A stretch of DNA of 49,339 nucleotides, from the IMG/VR virus record IMGVR_UViG_3300045988_118528, positions 1 through 49,339 of that record; one strand, written 5' to 3'. Source of the DNA: a virus. A model generated the notes under the pieces. That model was not told the origin of the DNA and ran no database searches. It saw nothing but the letters and a program-made list of their open reading frames with translations. The translations under genes were made by a program, and so were the position numbers. Shown here in pieces: positions 33,770-41,180 of the stretch. Each line of letters opens with the position of its first letter. Positions within the stretch are counted from its first letter, which is position 1.

Positions 33770-33948
33770 CTATTCACCTACTATTTTTGTTATTGTTATA
33801 TCATAATGACTATCCACATTATTATAATCATCTTCCAAGTATGCTTCTTTTAAAGCATCCCAAATTTCGTCTTCTGTAGCGTCATTTTCTACGTCTATTT
33901 GTATCCTATACTCATTTTTTCAATAACTGTTGCTATTACTGTTTTCAT
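33770..33948 (-). pseudogene. Small ORF apparently split by a frameshift at a homopolymer run
   Basis: ATG 33946..33948 reads MKTVIATVIEKMSIGYK then a stop. After the A6 run (T6 on the + strand at 33915..33920), another frame reads on as ...NEYRIQIDVENDATEDEIWDALKEAYLEDDYNNVDSHYDITITKIVGE to TAG 33770..33772, with no start codon of its own. Confidence 0.35.
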
Positions 33949-33955
33949 AATTTAT

Positions 33956-34483
33956 TCACTGCTCCTTTATTAGCTCAGGATTATCATAGATATTACCAAT
34001 TACTTCGGCACAATTTACACCACATTGTTCTATATAACCAATATCTGCTCGATAAATAACTCGCTCTTCAATGCTTGTTAAACAAAAAGATCCACGCATA
34101 AAAGAAATAGCGCCGCATTTCAGATCAGTATTATTCATTTTTAAAACATCGCCCTCGAATATTTTCTTACCGTTTTTATCGGCAAAGCCTGTGTACTGTC
34201 CTACTGTTTCAGGTATTACTAAAACATTTACGTGATCTGAATAATGTATTCTCACACCTTGTTCGCCAATAGCAATACCTGTACCTTCTACCCAATTCCC
34301 CGCCTCTGTTTTACCTCTAAAAATAATTTCACGCATTTTCTTCACCATCTTTCTAAGTTTTTCCATTACTTTTTTGTTGCATTCCTCACAAAGCTCAAAG
34401 CTTTTATGTATACATGGTATTTCAAAGCCGCTGACTATACGTTTTATCTTTTTACAGCGGGTACAACGCCTGTATCTAACCAT
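33956..34483 (-). CDS. YopX-family protein with N-terminal Cys-rich extension
   Basis: 175 aa. REIIFRGK...GQYTGFADKNGKKIFEGDV...GNIYDNPEL is the YopX signature. The N-terminal 50 aa carry CxxC...CxxC. Confidence 0.7.
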   Translation of the reverse strand: MVRYRRCTRCKKIKRIVSGFEIPCIHKSFELCEECNKKVMEKLRKMVKKMREIIFRGKTEAGNWVEGTGIAIGEQGVRIHYSDHVNVLVIPETVGQYTGFADKNGKKIFEGDVLKMNNTDLKCGAISFMRGSFCLTSIEERVIYRADIGYIEQCGVNCAEVIGNIYDNPELIKEQ

Positions 34484-34571
34484 TGGTTATGTCATCCTTT
34501 ATCTCAATTAATGGGATTCCTTGACTACTGGCCTGCCTTGCCATAGCATTTAACAGCTGTTCTGCAAATGG

Positions 34572-34838
34572 TCAGTATCTCCTTAACGCTATTAGTTCTT
34601 CCCTTAAACGTTTATTTTCTATTAGGATTCCACCAATGTTATCTTTTAAATCATCTATAGCATCAAGTATGCCATGTGGCGTCTGCGCTTTACCGTTATC
34701 ATCTCTTGTTAGTATCTCTGCAATAAGCTCTGCATTTCTTCGACAATTCAACATCAACAGTATCTTTCGCTTTTTGTCACCAGCTTTTTCAAAAACACAA
34801 TGGTATTTTAAACTAGAGCCAACATAATATTTGGTCAT
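34572..34838 (-). CDS. Hypothetical protein
   Basis: 88-aa ORF coupled to its neighbours. Confidence 0.5.
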   Translation of the reverse strand: MTKYYVGSSLKYHCVFEKAGDKKRKILLMLNCRRNAELIAEILTRDDNGKAQTPHGILDAIDDLKDNIGGILIENKRLREELIALRRY

Positions 34839-35083
34839 CTACTCCACCGCCTTCGCTGATTAAAATAAGTTTCAAACAAATTTATTCTCTCATCAAACCT
34901 ATTTATAAGTCGGCCAATCTCTTGTACGGATCCGGCATCAGCATCATACATCAATCGCAAATAAAATTTACTCAAAGCTAATATTGATCTTTTTTTACAA
35001 ATTTGGCACTCTGCCGTAATTTGATAGTACATAGGATATTCTATGGTTCTCAACTTCAAGAAATCTATACAACTATGTTCCAC
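34835..35083 (-). CDS. Hypothetical protein
   Basis: 82-aa ORF coupled to its neighbours. Confidence 0.45.
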   Translation of the reverse strand: MEHSCIDFLKLRTIEYPMYYQITAECQICKKRSILALSKFYLRLMYDADAGSVQEIGRLINRFDERINLFETYFNQRRRWSR

Positions 35084-35095
35084 TACTCCACCGCC

Positions 35096-35518
35096 TTAAA
35101 CTTCTCGAAAATCAATATCTGGGTACTTATAAAGCAGCATCTTCTTTTTGATCATATACACCTGCGTCCGCATCCCTTTCGTATCGACGTAATATATATG
35201 CCCGTCAGCTTCTGTTACCTTGAAATCTGCCTTGTAAATAATAGGCCTTATCTTTTTACCTGCAACCTCATAAGCAGGCTGTAAAACAAATTCAGGCTGT
35301 AGTTCAATGCTTTTTACTGCACCGGTACGCTGCTGCCAAAGTAAATCTTCGTAATAGGCTGCTTCCTTTCGGCTGTCAAAGCGAATACCGTCTACCTCAG
35401 TTATTGCATTGCCATACTTCAGCACAGGTACAGCCCCGGGTAAATTCGCCGGCGCCGTTACGCTGTCCGAACGTATTTTACTTACAAGATGTGCTGGTAG
35501 TTCATTCCACGTCGTCAT
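35096..35518 (-). CDS. DUF1064-family protein (PD-(D/E)XK-like nuclease/resolvase candidate)
   Basis: 140 aa. IRFDSRKEAAYYEDL...ELQPEFVL...IIYKADFKV...YVDTKG fits the DUF1064 pattern. Confidence 0.6.
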   Translation of the reverse strand: MTTWNELPAHLVSKIRSDSVTAPANLPGAVPVLKYGNAITEVDGIRFDSRKEAAYYEDLLWQQRTGAVKSIELQPEFVLQPAYEVAGKKIRPIIYKADFKVTEADGHIYYVDTKGMRTQVYMIKKKMLLYKYPDIDFREV

Positions 35519-35726
35519 TTATTACTACCGCCGATAACATAATTTCTAGAGCTTTCTTCTCTCTCCGATACCGAGCCACTTTCCCGCCGAGCTGACTATT
35601 CTTCCGACGCAGATGTTTGAGTTCAGTCAGTATCTGCATAAGCACTGGTTTCAATACTGGTACATACTGATCGCCTGGTTCTTTTTCGATTAACGCCATC
35701 ATAATTTTTATATTTATTGGTTTCAT
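35502..35726 (-). CDS. Hypothetical protein
   Basis: 74-aa ORF in the early array. Confidence 0.45.
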   Translation of the reverse strand: MKPINIKIMMALIEKEPGDQYVPVLKPVLMQILTELKHLRRKNSQLGGKVARYRREKKALEIMLSAVVINDDVE

Positions 35727-35729
35727 ACA

Positions 35730-36017
35730 TTAACGCCCCTTATAATCAATGAAATCTTCATCACTGGATAGTAGTTCATCGAAAATTCTCTGGAAAGGTT
35801 CACTTATCACTATCTCGTCACTCTCTTCCATTGAATCGTCTACCAAGCGTTTGATTACATATTCAATAAATTTTTCTTCATTTCCCTTCTTAACTTCTGC
35901 ACCAAAATTTACAGGCGACAGTTTGAATAAACTCACAAGTTCTGCAATTTCAATGCTAATATTCAATCTTTTTTCATCTGCAGTTATTTCAAAAACTGTT
36001 TCTGTATTTTTTATCAT
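35730..36017 (-). CDS. Small acidic hypothetical protein
   Basis: 95 aa, strongly acidic (many D/E). Immediately downstream of the methyltransferase. Confidence 0.5.
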   Translation of the reverse strand: MIKNTETVFEITADEKRLNISIEIAELVSLFKLSPVNFGAEVKKGNEEKFIEYVIKRLVDDSMEESDEIVISEPFQRIFDELLSSDEDFIDYKGR

Positions 36018-36125
36018 AATAATCGCTCCTTATATTTAAAAGGCCGCCCCCTACGGGCTAATCACCTCCGCAGGGGTATACTTCCCTTTATGCTTGTATA
36101 TAGTTAGTATGCGCGGCCGTTTTAA

Positions 36126-37745
36126 CTAAAATAAATTTGTCGGTCTCTCGGCTTCTGCTGCTATACCTTGCATAACATATAGTGCATTAGGTAGAGCTAT
36201 TCCATTGCCCCACATCTTGTACTCTGCGCTGTCCGTATGCAGCTTGCTATACCAGGCAAGCATTTGCGCTTTTGTGTAGTCTTTAACGGCTTTGTTGTTG
36301 ATTTTTGCGTAAGCATTACGTACTTCAAGCCAAAATTTATATTCTTCATCCGTGAAGTTTTCTTTTTTATCGGGGTGTCCCCATGTATCGGGAAATCCTT
36401 GTAGGCGTGCACATTCTGTAGGTGTTAAGCGGCGTACTATATAATGCACAGGCACCGCCACGGGTTTTTCTTTGCCGACAACGAACATATCTGTATAGGC
36501 ATCTTGTCCGGTATAGCTACCAGGGTGACTGTTTGCCATGAGCGGACCAGTCGCTTTTTGATATGGGCATGGTTCTACAATAAGCTTTCCTTCTCCGACT
36601 TGTTGCTGTTGGACCCATTTATAGTCTGTTGCACAAAGACTCCCGACAACTTTTTGATAACACACTGCCGGCCGGTCAATGGTATTAAGCGTATAGCATT
36701 TATCCTCTCGCCAGCCTTTGCCGTTACAGCCTGCCGTATCTGCTCTATCTATGCCGTTTCCTTGTAAGCAATAAACGGGCTGTTCTTCGATACATAACGC
36801 AGTGTAATCTGTGACACGGTTGTTATGGTCTCCTGTGATAGTCGGTACAGTTTCACCGTCGCCGTTGCCTCTTGTATCGTAAACAAGAGTTTTTTTATTA
36901 ATAACGCAAGGCACATTTCCGTGCGCTTCGGCCCTTAAAGTAGGGCTTTTGCCGTCAGCGCGGACGCTGATTTGCTGTCCGCCCTGGTCGTCTAAAACTA
37001 ACTCGCTTTCTCCCGCTCTATCATCTGTTCCAGTGCCGTTTTCAGTATTTCCGGCAATTCCTTGCCCCGGCGTTCTGCTCTGCGTAAAATACCCTCGCAC
37101 GCCCTCGCGCTCAAATAATATTTTTCCGGCGCATTCGCCTCTAAAATCTGCGACAAGGTAGATTCTACGGCGACGCTGGGGTACTCCCCAATGTTGAGCG
37201 TCAAAAACTCGGTATGCAATGCTCCATCCGTCTCCACTGATACAATCTGCATATGCCCAGCCAGCTTGCGGAACCGCAGGCATAACGGCGTTCGGTTCCG
37301 TGATTTTAATAAATTCTTCAAGCACAAGCCGGAAATCTTCTCCCCGATTACTGCTAAATACTCCTGATACATTTTCCCAAACAGCGAATCTTGGATAAAT
37401 TCCATTTGTTTTAACCCTCATTTCTTTTATTATTCGGATTGCCTCCATAAACAGCCCGCTTCGTGTTGTTTCTTCGTCGCCGACAGCCGTATGTTTTAAA
37501 CCAGCACGTTTACCAGCTACTGACATGTCTTGACATGGGCTTCCGAAAGTTATAATGTCCACTGGTTCTATCTCTGCACCTTTGATTCTGCTTACATCAC
37601 CCAAGTGCTTCATATTTGGAAAACGGCTTTTAGTAACAGCTATTGGATATGGTTCAACTTCCGATGCATAAACAGGCTCTATTCCGCACAAGCTTGCTGC
37701 TAAAGGAAATCCTCCACTGCCATCAAATAAGCTCATTAGTTTCAT
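36126..37745 (-). CDS. DNA (cytosine-5)-methyltransferase, orphan, with an unusually long variable region
   Basis: 539 aa. Motif I LFDGSGG, IV GSPCQDMS, VI WENVSG, VIII QRRRRIYLV, IX/X RRLTPTECARLQGFPD...GNGIALP. About 230 aa separate motifs VIII and IX. No adjacent restriction endonuclease gene. Confidence 0.9.
   Translation of the reverse strand: MKLMSLFDGSGGFPLAASLCGIEPVYASEVEPYPIAVTKSRFPNMKHLGDVSRIKGAEIEPVDIITFGSPCQDMSVAGKRAGLKHTAVGDEETTRSGLFMEAIRIIKEMRVKTNGIYPRFAVWENVSGVFSSNRGEDFRLVLEEFIKITEPNAVMPAVPQAGWAYADCISGDGWSIAYRVFDAQHWGVPQRRRRIYLVADFRGECAGKILFEREGVRGYFTQSRTPGQGIAGNTENGTGTDDRAGESELVLDDQGGQQISVRADGKSPTLRAEAHGNVPCVINKKTLVYDTRGNGDGETVPTITGDHNNRVTDYTALCIEEQPVYCLQGNGIDRADTAGCNGKGWREDKCYTLNTIDRPAVCYQKVVGSLCATDYKWVQQQQVGEGKLIVEPCPYQKATGPLMANSHPGSYTGQDAYTDMFVVGKEKPVAVPVHYIVRRLTPTECARLQGFPDTWGHPDKKENFTDEEYKFWLEVRNAYAKINNKAVKDYTKAQMLAWYSKLHTDSAEYKMWGNGIALPNALYVMQGIAAEAERPTNLF
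36998..37405 (-). CDS. Embedded +1-frame ORF inside the methyltransferase gene (135 aa, candidate overprinted gene)
   Basis: ATG 37403..37405, with GAGGG 9 nt upstream. Product MEFIQDSLFGKMYQEY...TEFLTLNIGEYPSVAVESTLSQILEANAPEKYYLSARACEGILRRAERRGKELPEILKTALEQMIEREKAS. Purine-first codon periodicity in its 3' half. See findings. Confidence 0.35.
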   Translation of the reverse strand: MEFIQDSLFGKMYQEYLAVIGEKISGLCLKNLLKSRNRTPLCLRFRKLAGHMQIVSVETDGALHTEFLTLNIGEYPSVAVESTLSQILEANAPEKYYLSARACEGILRRAERRGKELPEILKTALEQMIEREKAS

Positions 37746-37941
37746 GTTGATCCTCGCTACTTATGCTAACGCATTCCTTGTCCTGCAATCTTTTAAAGTT
37801 ATTAAATATCTCCCGTGCTTTAACAGCCCGCAGATCATCTGACCACATCAAGCAGCTCGGGCAAATATGCACCTCAAAATATCGACCTCTGTTTACGTGA
37901 CTACCCGCCGTTGTATTCTTATGGCATATGTCGCAATTCAT
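37723..37941 (-). CDS. Small zinc-ribbon protein
   Basis: 72 aa. CDIC...CPSC. Confidence 0.5.
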   Translation of the reverse strand: MNCDICHKNTTAGSHVNRGRYFEVHICPSCLMWSDDLRAVKAREIFNNFKRLQDKECVSISSEDQHETNELI

Positions 37942-37950
37942 AATCTCACC

Positions 37951-38292
37951 TCAAAACGGTTCTGACTTATTAGTGTTCATCTTGTCAATATCTTCTGGCG
38001 TAGAGTAGTACCCTCTTGCAAGATTTTTTCTTATAACCGCTTCTTTGGCTTTGGCATAGATCACAAAAGCTTCAAAGTTATCATTCATAAGTTGATAAAT
38101 CAACGTATTACAGCAAGCCTTAACGTCTATAATCTCCATCATCAACGCCAGCAGCTTATCTTCTGTCGGCACTTTTTTAAACTCTGTGTAAGCAGCTTCT
38201 ACCTCAGCCAATTCTTCTTTGATTTTTGCAATCTGTTCTTCCGGTGTTGCGTCCCTGAATTTATAACATGGTGTTGTTGCTTTAATTTTCAT
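37951..38292 (-). CDS. MazG-like nucleotide pyrophosphohydrolase (tentative)
   Basis: 113 aa. EELAEVEAA...MEIIDV...IRKNLARGYY resembles small phage MazG-like proteins. Confidence 0.4.
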   Translation of the reverse strand: MKIKATTPCYKFRDATPEEQIAKIKEELAEVEAAYTEFKKVPTEDKLLALMMEIIDVKACCNTLIYQLMNDNFEAFVIYAKAKEAVIRKNLARGYYSTPEDIDKMNTNKSEPF

Positions 38293-38786
38293 TATTTCAT
38301 CTCCTTCATTGCCGCAAAGAATGTGATTGCCGCCATATACTCATCGTAATATTGCTCGTTAGGATTATTACCTTCACGTCCGTATACACTCTCTACACGA
38401 GTTTTAAATTCTTCTAGCGTACCACCTTTGTAGTTATTCCAGCATCCGCACAGGACATTGTCGTCATCTACGCAATAAGTAGTTGTTCCTCGGCGACTGC
38501 CAATTCTAACAACTTGATAATATGTTTTGTCTAGGTATGCACCGCGGAGGTCTGCATCGCGGAGGTCTGCACCGCGGAGGTCTGCATCGCGGAGGTCTGC
38601 ACCGCTGAGGTCTGCACCGCTGAGGTCTGCACCGCTGAGGTCTGCATCGCGGAGGTCTGCACCGCTGAGGTCTGCACCGCTGAGGTCTGCACCGCGGAGG
38701 TCTGCACGTTCCCCTCCTTCTTCGTTTCGCAACCATCTACCATGACTTTTTATAATCTCCTGTAATTTTTCTGCACTTATTTTCAT
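38292..38786 (-). CDS. Pentapeptide-repeat protein
   Basis: 164 aa. Eleven consecutive A-D-L-(R/S)-(G/D) pentapeptides flanked by a non-repeat N-terminal helix and a 75-aa C-terminal domain. Confidence 0.85.
   Translation of the reverse strand: MKISAEKLQEIIKSHGRWLRNEEGGERADLRGADLSGADLSGADLRDADLSGADLSGADLSGADLRDADLRGADLRDADLRGAYLDKTYYQVVRIGSRRGTTTYCVDDDNVLCGCWNNYKGGTLEEFKTRVESVYGREGNNPNEQYYDEYMAAITFFAAMKEMK
38536..38706. repeat. Near-perfect 15-bp tandem repeat array (about 11 units) encoding the pentapeptide repeats
   Basis: Units gcaccgcggaggtct / gcatcgcggaggtct / gcaccgctgaggtct. All six frames are open across it, which explains ORFs 38506..38736, 38527..38745 and 38531..38743. Confidence 0.9.
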
Positions 38787-38799
38787 AGTTACCGCTCCT

Positions 38800-39450
38800 T
38801 TAAACTTTAGCTAATTCACCTTGACGACGGGTTGACCGTTTTGGTACTACATCAGGCACTAACGGATGATATTTATAACACCGCTCACGATCAGCAACCA
38901 CATAAGTAAATCCGCTTTCTTTGTCTACTCTCAAAAACGGTTGATGTCCGCTGTATGGGCAATCAACAGTGTTAATACATTCAGCGCATTTTCGTTCAAC
39001 ATCTGCGATAAAGCTGATATCGCTGCAATTACGCTTTATAAAGCTATCGTCGGCATCAGGAAAAATCCTCTTTGCTGCAACTCTAACTTTCTCGCTTATT
39101 GGCTGCCGTAGTTCACCAAATGTTTTGCCGGCAGCAAGATCAGCAAACAACTTTTTAACAAACTCATTTGCCGCTTTAGAATTACGCTCAATAGCCTTCT
39201 TCTCTGCACCGATTTTATTTTGTCGTAGGATTGATAAAGTATTATTAATATCTGCCCATGTTGGCCAATATTTATTATTATCAGCGATATAATCAACAGT
39301 ATCGCCCCACATCTCAATGTCTGTGTATTTATAACGCTCCAGGGTTTGCCTTTCAATATTTTTTTTTGCATCTTCGCTTCCCCAGTTTGGCTTTAATCCC
39401 GCCGCCTGCCACACTTCATACGCTACCGTTATCTCTCTAAGTTCCAACAT
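38800..39450 (-). CDS. Hypothetical replication-module protein with C-terminal Cys-rich motif
   Basis: 216 aa, directly downstream of the replisome organizer. [15 protein letters not shown]...CYKYH. No recognisable ATPase motif. Confidence 0.45.
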   Translation of the reverse strand: MLELREITVAYEVWQAAGLKPNWGSEDAKKNIERQTLERYKYTDIEMWGDTVDYIADNNKYWPTWADINNTLSILRQNKIGAEKKAIERNSKAANEFVKKLFADLAAGKTFGELRQPISEKVRVAAKRIFPDADDSFIKRNCSDISFIADVERKCAECINTVDCPYSGHQPFLRVDKESGFTYVVADRERCYKYHPLVPDVVPKRSTRRQGELAKV

Positions 39451-40342
39451 ACGGCATATCCCTCACTTCCTCCCAGTCCAGCCCCATAAAACAAGCCAGT
39501 CTGTATTTTCTTTTCTCTGGAGGTATCGCTGCCCAGCGCTCCTTATTTTTTGCAATCCATTCGTCTTTCTCCTGTGCTTCCCTGTCAGCAGCTTGCACTG
39601 CTTCAGACAATTTGATTTCATCCGTCCAACGTTCATCCTGCAAAAACGTATCCGGGTCAGGAATGTAACGTCCGTTCTTTTCCTGCCACTGGTCGGTCTT
39701 TTTGTATCGTTCAACGGCAGCACCAATCAAGGCGTACTGCTCTTGTGAGTGTACACGCATATTCAGCCACGCTATTTTGGCAACGTGCTTTTTCCGCTTT
39801 GTCGGGTAAATTTCCCAAAATTGTTCAAAGCCTTTATCTTTTTCGTTTACCGTTATTAGCTTTTCGGTTTGCTTCGCGCCCGCGCTTTTATCTGTGTTTA
39901 TATCTGTGTTTATATCTGTATTAGTATTAGTATTATTAATATATATATTATTAGAGTGGTGAATTTTCCCCGATGGAGCGGCGCAGTCACCTTGTCCATT
40001 AGGGAATTTTCCCCGGTGCATTTGGGAAATGCCAAGCAGTTCATATGCTTTTTCCGTTAGCGTATACCACAAAGTGCGATCATAACTGCTTTCGTTGTAG
40101 TTTCCGGTTTCAATAAGCCCATTCTTTTTTAGATTATCCAAGGCATATCTAATTTTGTTTTCTGTCATGTATGGGAATAATTCCGCAAATGCTTTCTTGC
40201 TGTTGTAAGTCCAATATTTCCCATCATAAAAATGCTTTTCGTTTGCAGTATTTTTTTGAACCCAAAAATAAATGTTTTTCAATATTATTGCTTCTTCTAT
40301 GCCGTATTCTTTGGCGATTTTTATATCAAAGCTATGTTCCAT
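39437..40342 (-). CDS. Phage replisome organizer / replication initiator (Phage_rep_org_N-like)
   Basis: 301 aa. The N-terminal region IAKEYGIEEAIILKNIYFWVQKN...YWTYNSKKAFAELFPYMTENKIRYALDNLKKNGLI is typical of replisome-organizer N-domains. The central low-complexity NNTNTNTDINTDINTD is encoded by DNA repeats. Confidence 0.65.
   Translation of the reverse strand: MEHSFDIKIAKEYGIEEAIILKNIYFWVQKNTANEKHFYDGKYWTYNSKKAFAELFPYMTENKIRYALDNLKKNGLIETGNYNESSYDRTLWYTLTEKAYELLGISQMHRGKFPNGQGDCAAPSGKIHHSNNIYINNTNTNTDINTDINTDKSAGAKQTEKLITVNEKDKGFEQFWEIYPTKRKKHVAKIAWLNMRVHSQEQYALIGAAVERYKKTDQWQEKNGRYIPDPDTFLQDERWTDEIKLSEAVQAADREAQEKDEWIAKNKERWAAIPPEKRKYRLACFMGLDWEEVRDMPYVGT
39889..39955. repeat. 12-bp and 6-bp tandem repeats plus an AT-only tract inside the replication gene (candidate origin)
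   Basis: tatctgtgttta x2, then tatctgtattag, then tattag repeats, then ttattaatatatatattatt. Confidence 0.5.
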
Positions 40343-40354
40343 TTTTCTGCTCCT

Positions 40355-40636
40355 CTAATCCAAATAATTTCTGCCGATAATCTTCATAAATTCTTCTCTG
40401 CTGTGAGTTTCTTCAAACTTGCGTTGACATTCTCTTTTCAGCAGTAAATCTGTTTGCCTATCCTGATGCGGACCGTTCTTCCCCTTATGATATTCAGGGG
40501 TAAGCCAAACTTTAAAGCCGTATCTTTCACTGATTTTTCGTAACGGACCAAAGAAACAATGATGCTCCTCAAGTGGCACATTTTGCACTCCAGATAGGTA
40601 ACAATATTTTTCTTTCTGTATGATACTCTTAGCCAT
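40355..40636 (-). CDS. Small Cys/His-rich protein (HNH-like, recombination-module associated)
   Basis: 93 aa. CYLSG...EEHHCFFG...WLTPEYHKGKNGPH resembles phage HNH-type zinc-binding proteins. Confidence 0.4.
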   Translation of the reverse strand: MAKSIIQKEKYCYLSGVQNVPLEEHHCFFGPLRKISERYGFKVWLTPEYHKGKNGPHQDRQTDLLLKRECQRKFEETHSREEFMKIIGRNYLD

Positions 40637-41180
40637 CTTTAACGCCCCACTCCCTGATCAGCTCATCTAATTCTTCCTGCGGCCTTGTTTCTACACCAAT
40701 ATCTTTTGCCATAGATACCAAACAATCTATAAAACGGCTCATCTCTTTCGTGTCATAAGCACTGCTACCGTAATATACCCTTACATTGCTATAGCCTTTA
40801 ATGTTCTGACATTCACCAAGCAATTCAGCTATCCAGCCAACACCATTACTTTGCCAAATTTCAATAGTTCTGTTTACAGCGTCAGTTGGCACTGGCCATA
40901 TTCTGCCGTAACCACATTCCCTGATTGCCTTCCTGTAAACATCTTCCTTGCTGTGAAAGCTCTCTTCTGACAGCTTTTCTGCTATCTTTTGGCATAATAC
41001 CCAAGCGTATTTATTAGCGTCGTTAGAACGCCCTTTACGCCATTGCTTGACTTCTACAACATACTGCTTTTCAGGATCGATTTTATTGATTTCTTCTTCC
41101 TCTGTTAAAGGGACAGGTACTACTAAATTTATGTATCCCATACCTTTTAATGTCTGCAATCCTTTAACCGTGAACTTCAT
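40629..41180 (-). CDS. NinB/Orf-like or HNHc_6-like recombination-associated protein (tentative)
   Basis: Start at ATG 41178..41180 (MKFTVKG), overlapping the upstream stop (ATGA). RSNDANKYAWVLCQKIAE resembles the RSxxxNxxxW motif of such proteins. Confidence 0.35.
   Translation of the reverse strand: MKFTVKGLQTLKGMGYINLVVPVPLTEEEEINKIDPEKQYVVEVKQWRKGRSNDANKYAWVLCQKIAEKLSEESFHSKEDVYRKAIRECGYGRIWPVPTDAVNRTIEIWQSNGVGWIAELLGECQNIKGYSNVRVYYGSSAYDTKEMSRFIDCLVSMAKDIGVETRPQEELDELIREWGVKDG

Noticed and set aside
36197-36412. Second alternate-frame ORF (71 aa) near the 3' end of the methyltransferase gene
   Set aside because: Unlike the 36998..37405 ORF, its translation is Lys/Thr/Cys-rich noise. 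It has no RBS, no helical periodicity and nothing I recognise.
38506-38745. Three extra ORFs (Arg/Cys/Pro-rich, Ser/Ala/Arg-rich, Gln/Thr/Ser/Ala-rich) across the pentapeptide gene; could also be mistaken for a CRISPR-like array
   Set aside because: They are alternate-frame and antisense readings of the same 15-bp tandem repeat. The units are contiguous with no spacers and are far shorter than CRISPR repeats. Only the ADLxx frame continues into non-repeat protein sequence with an RBS.
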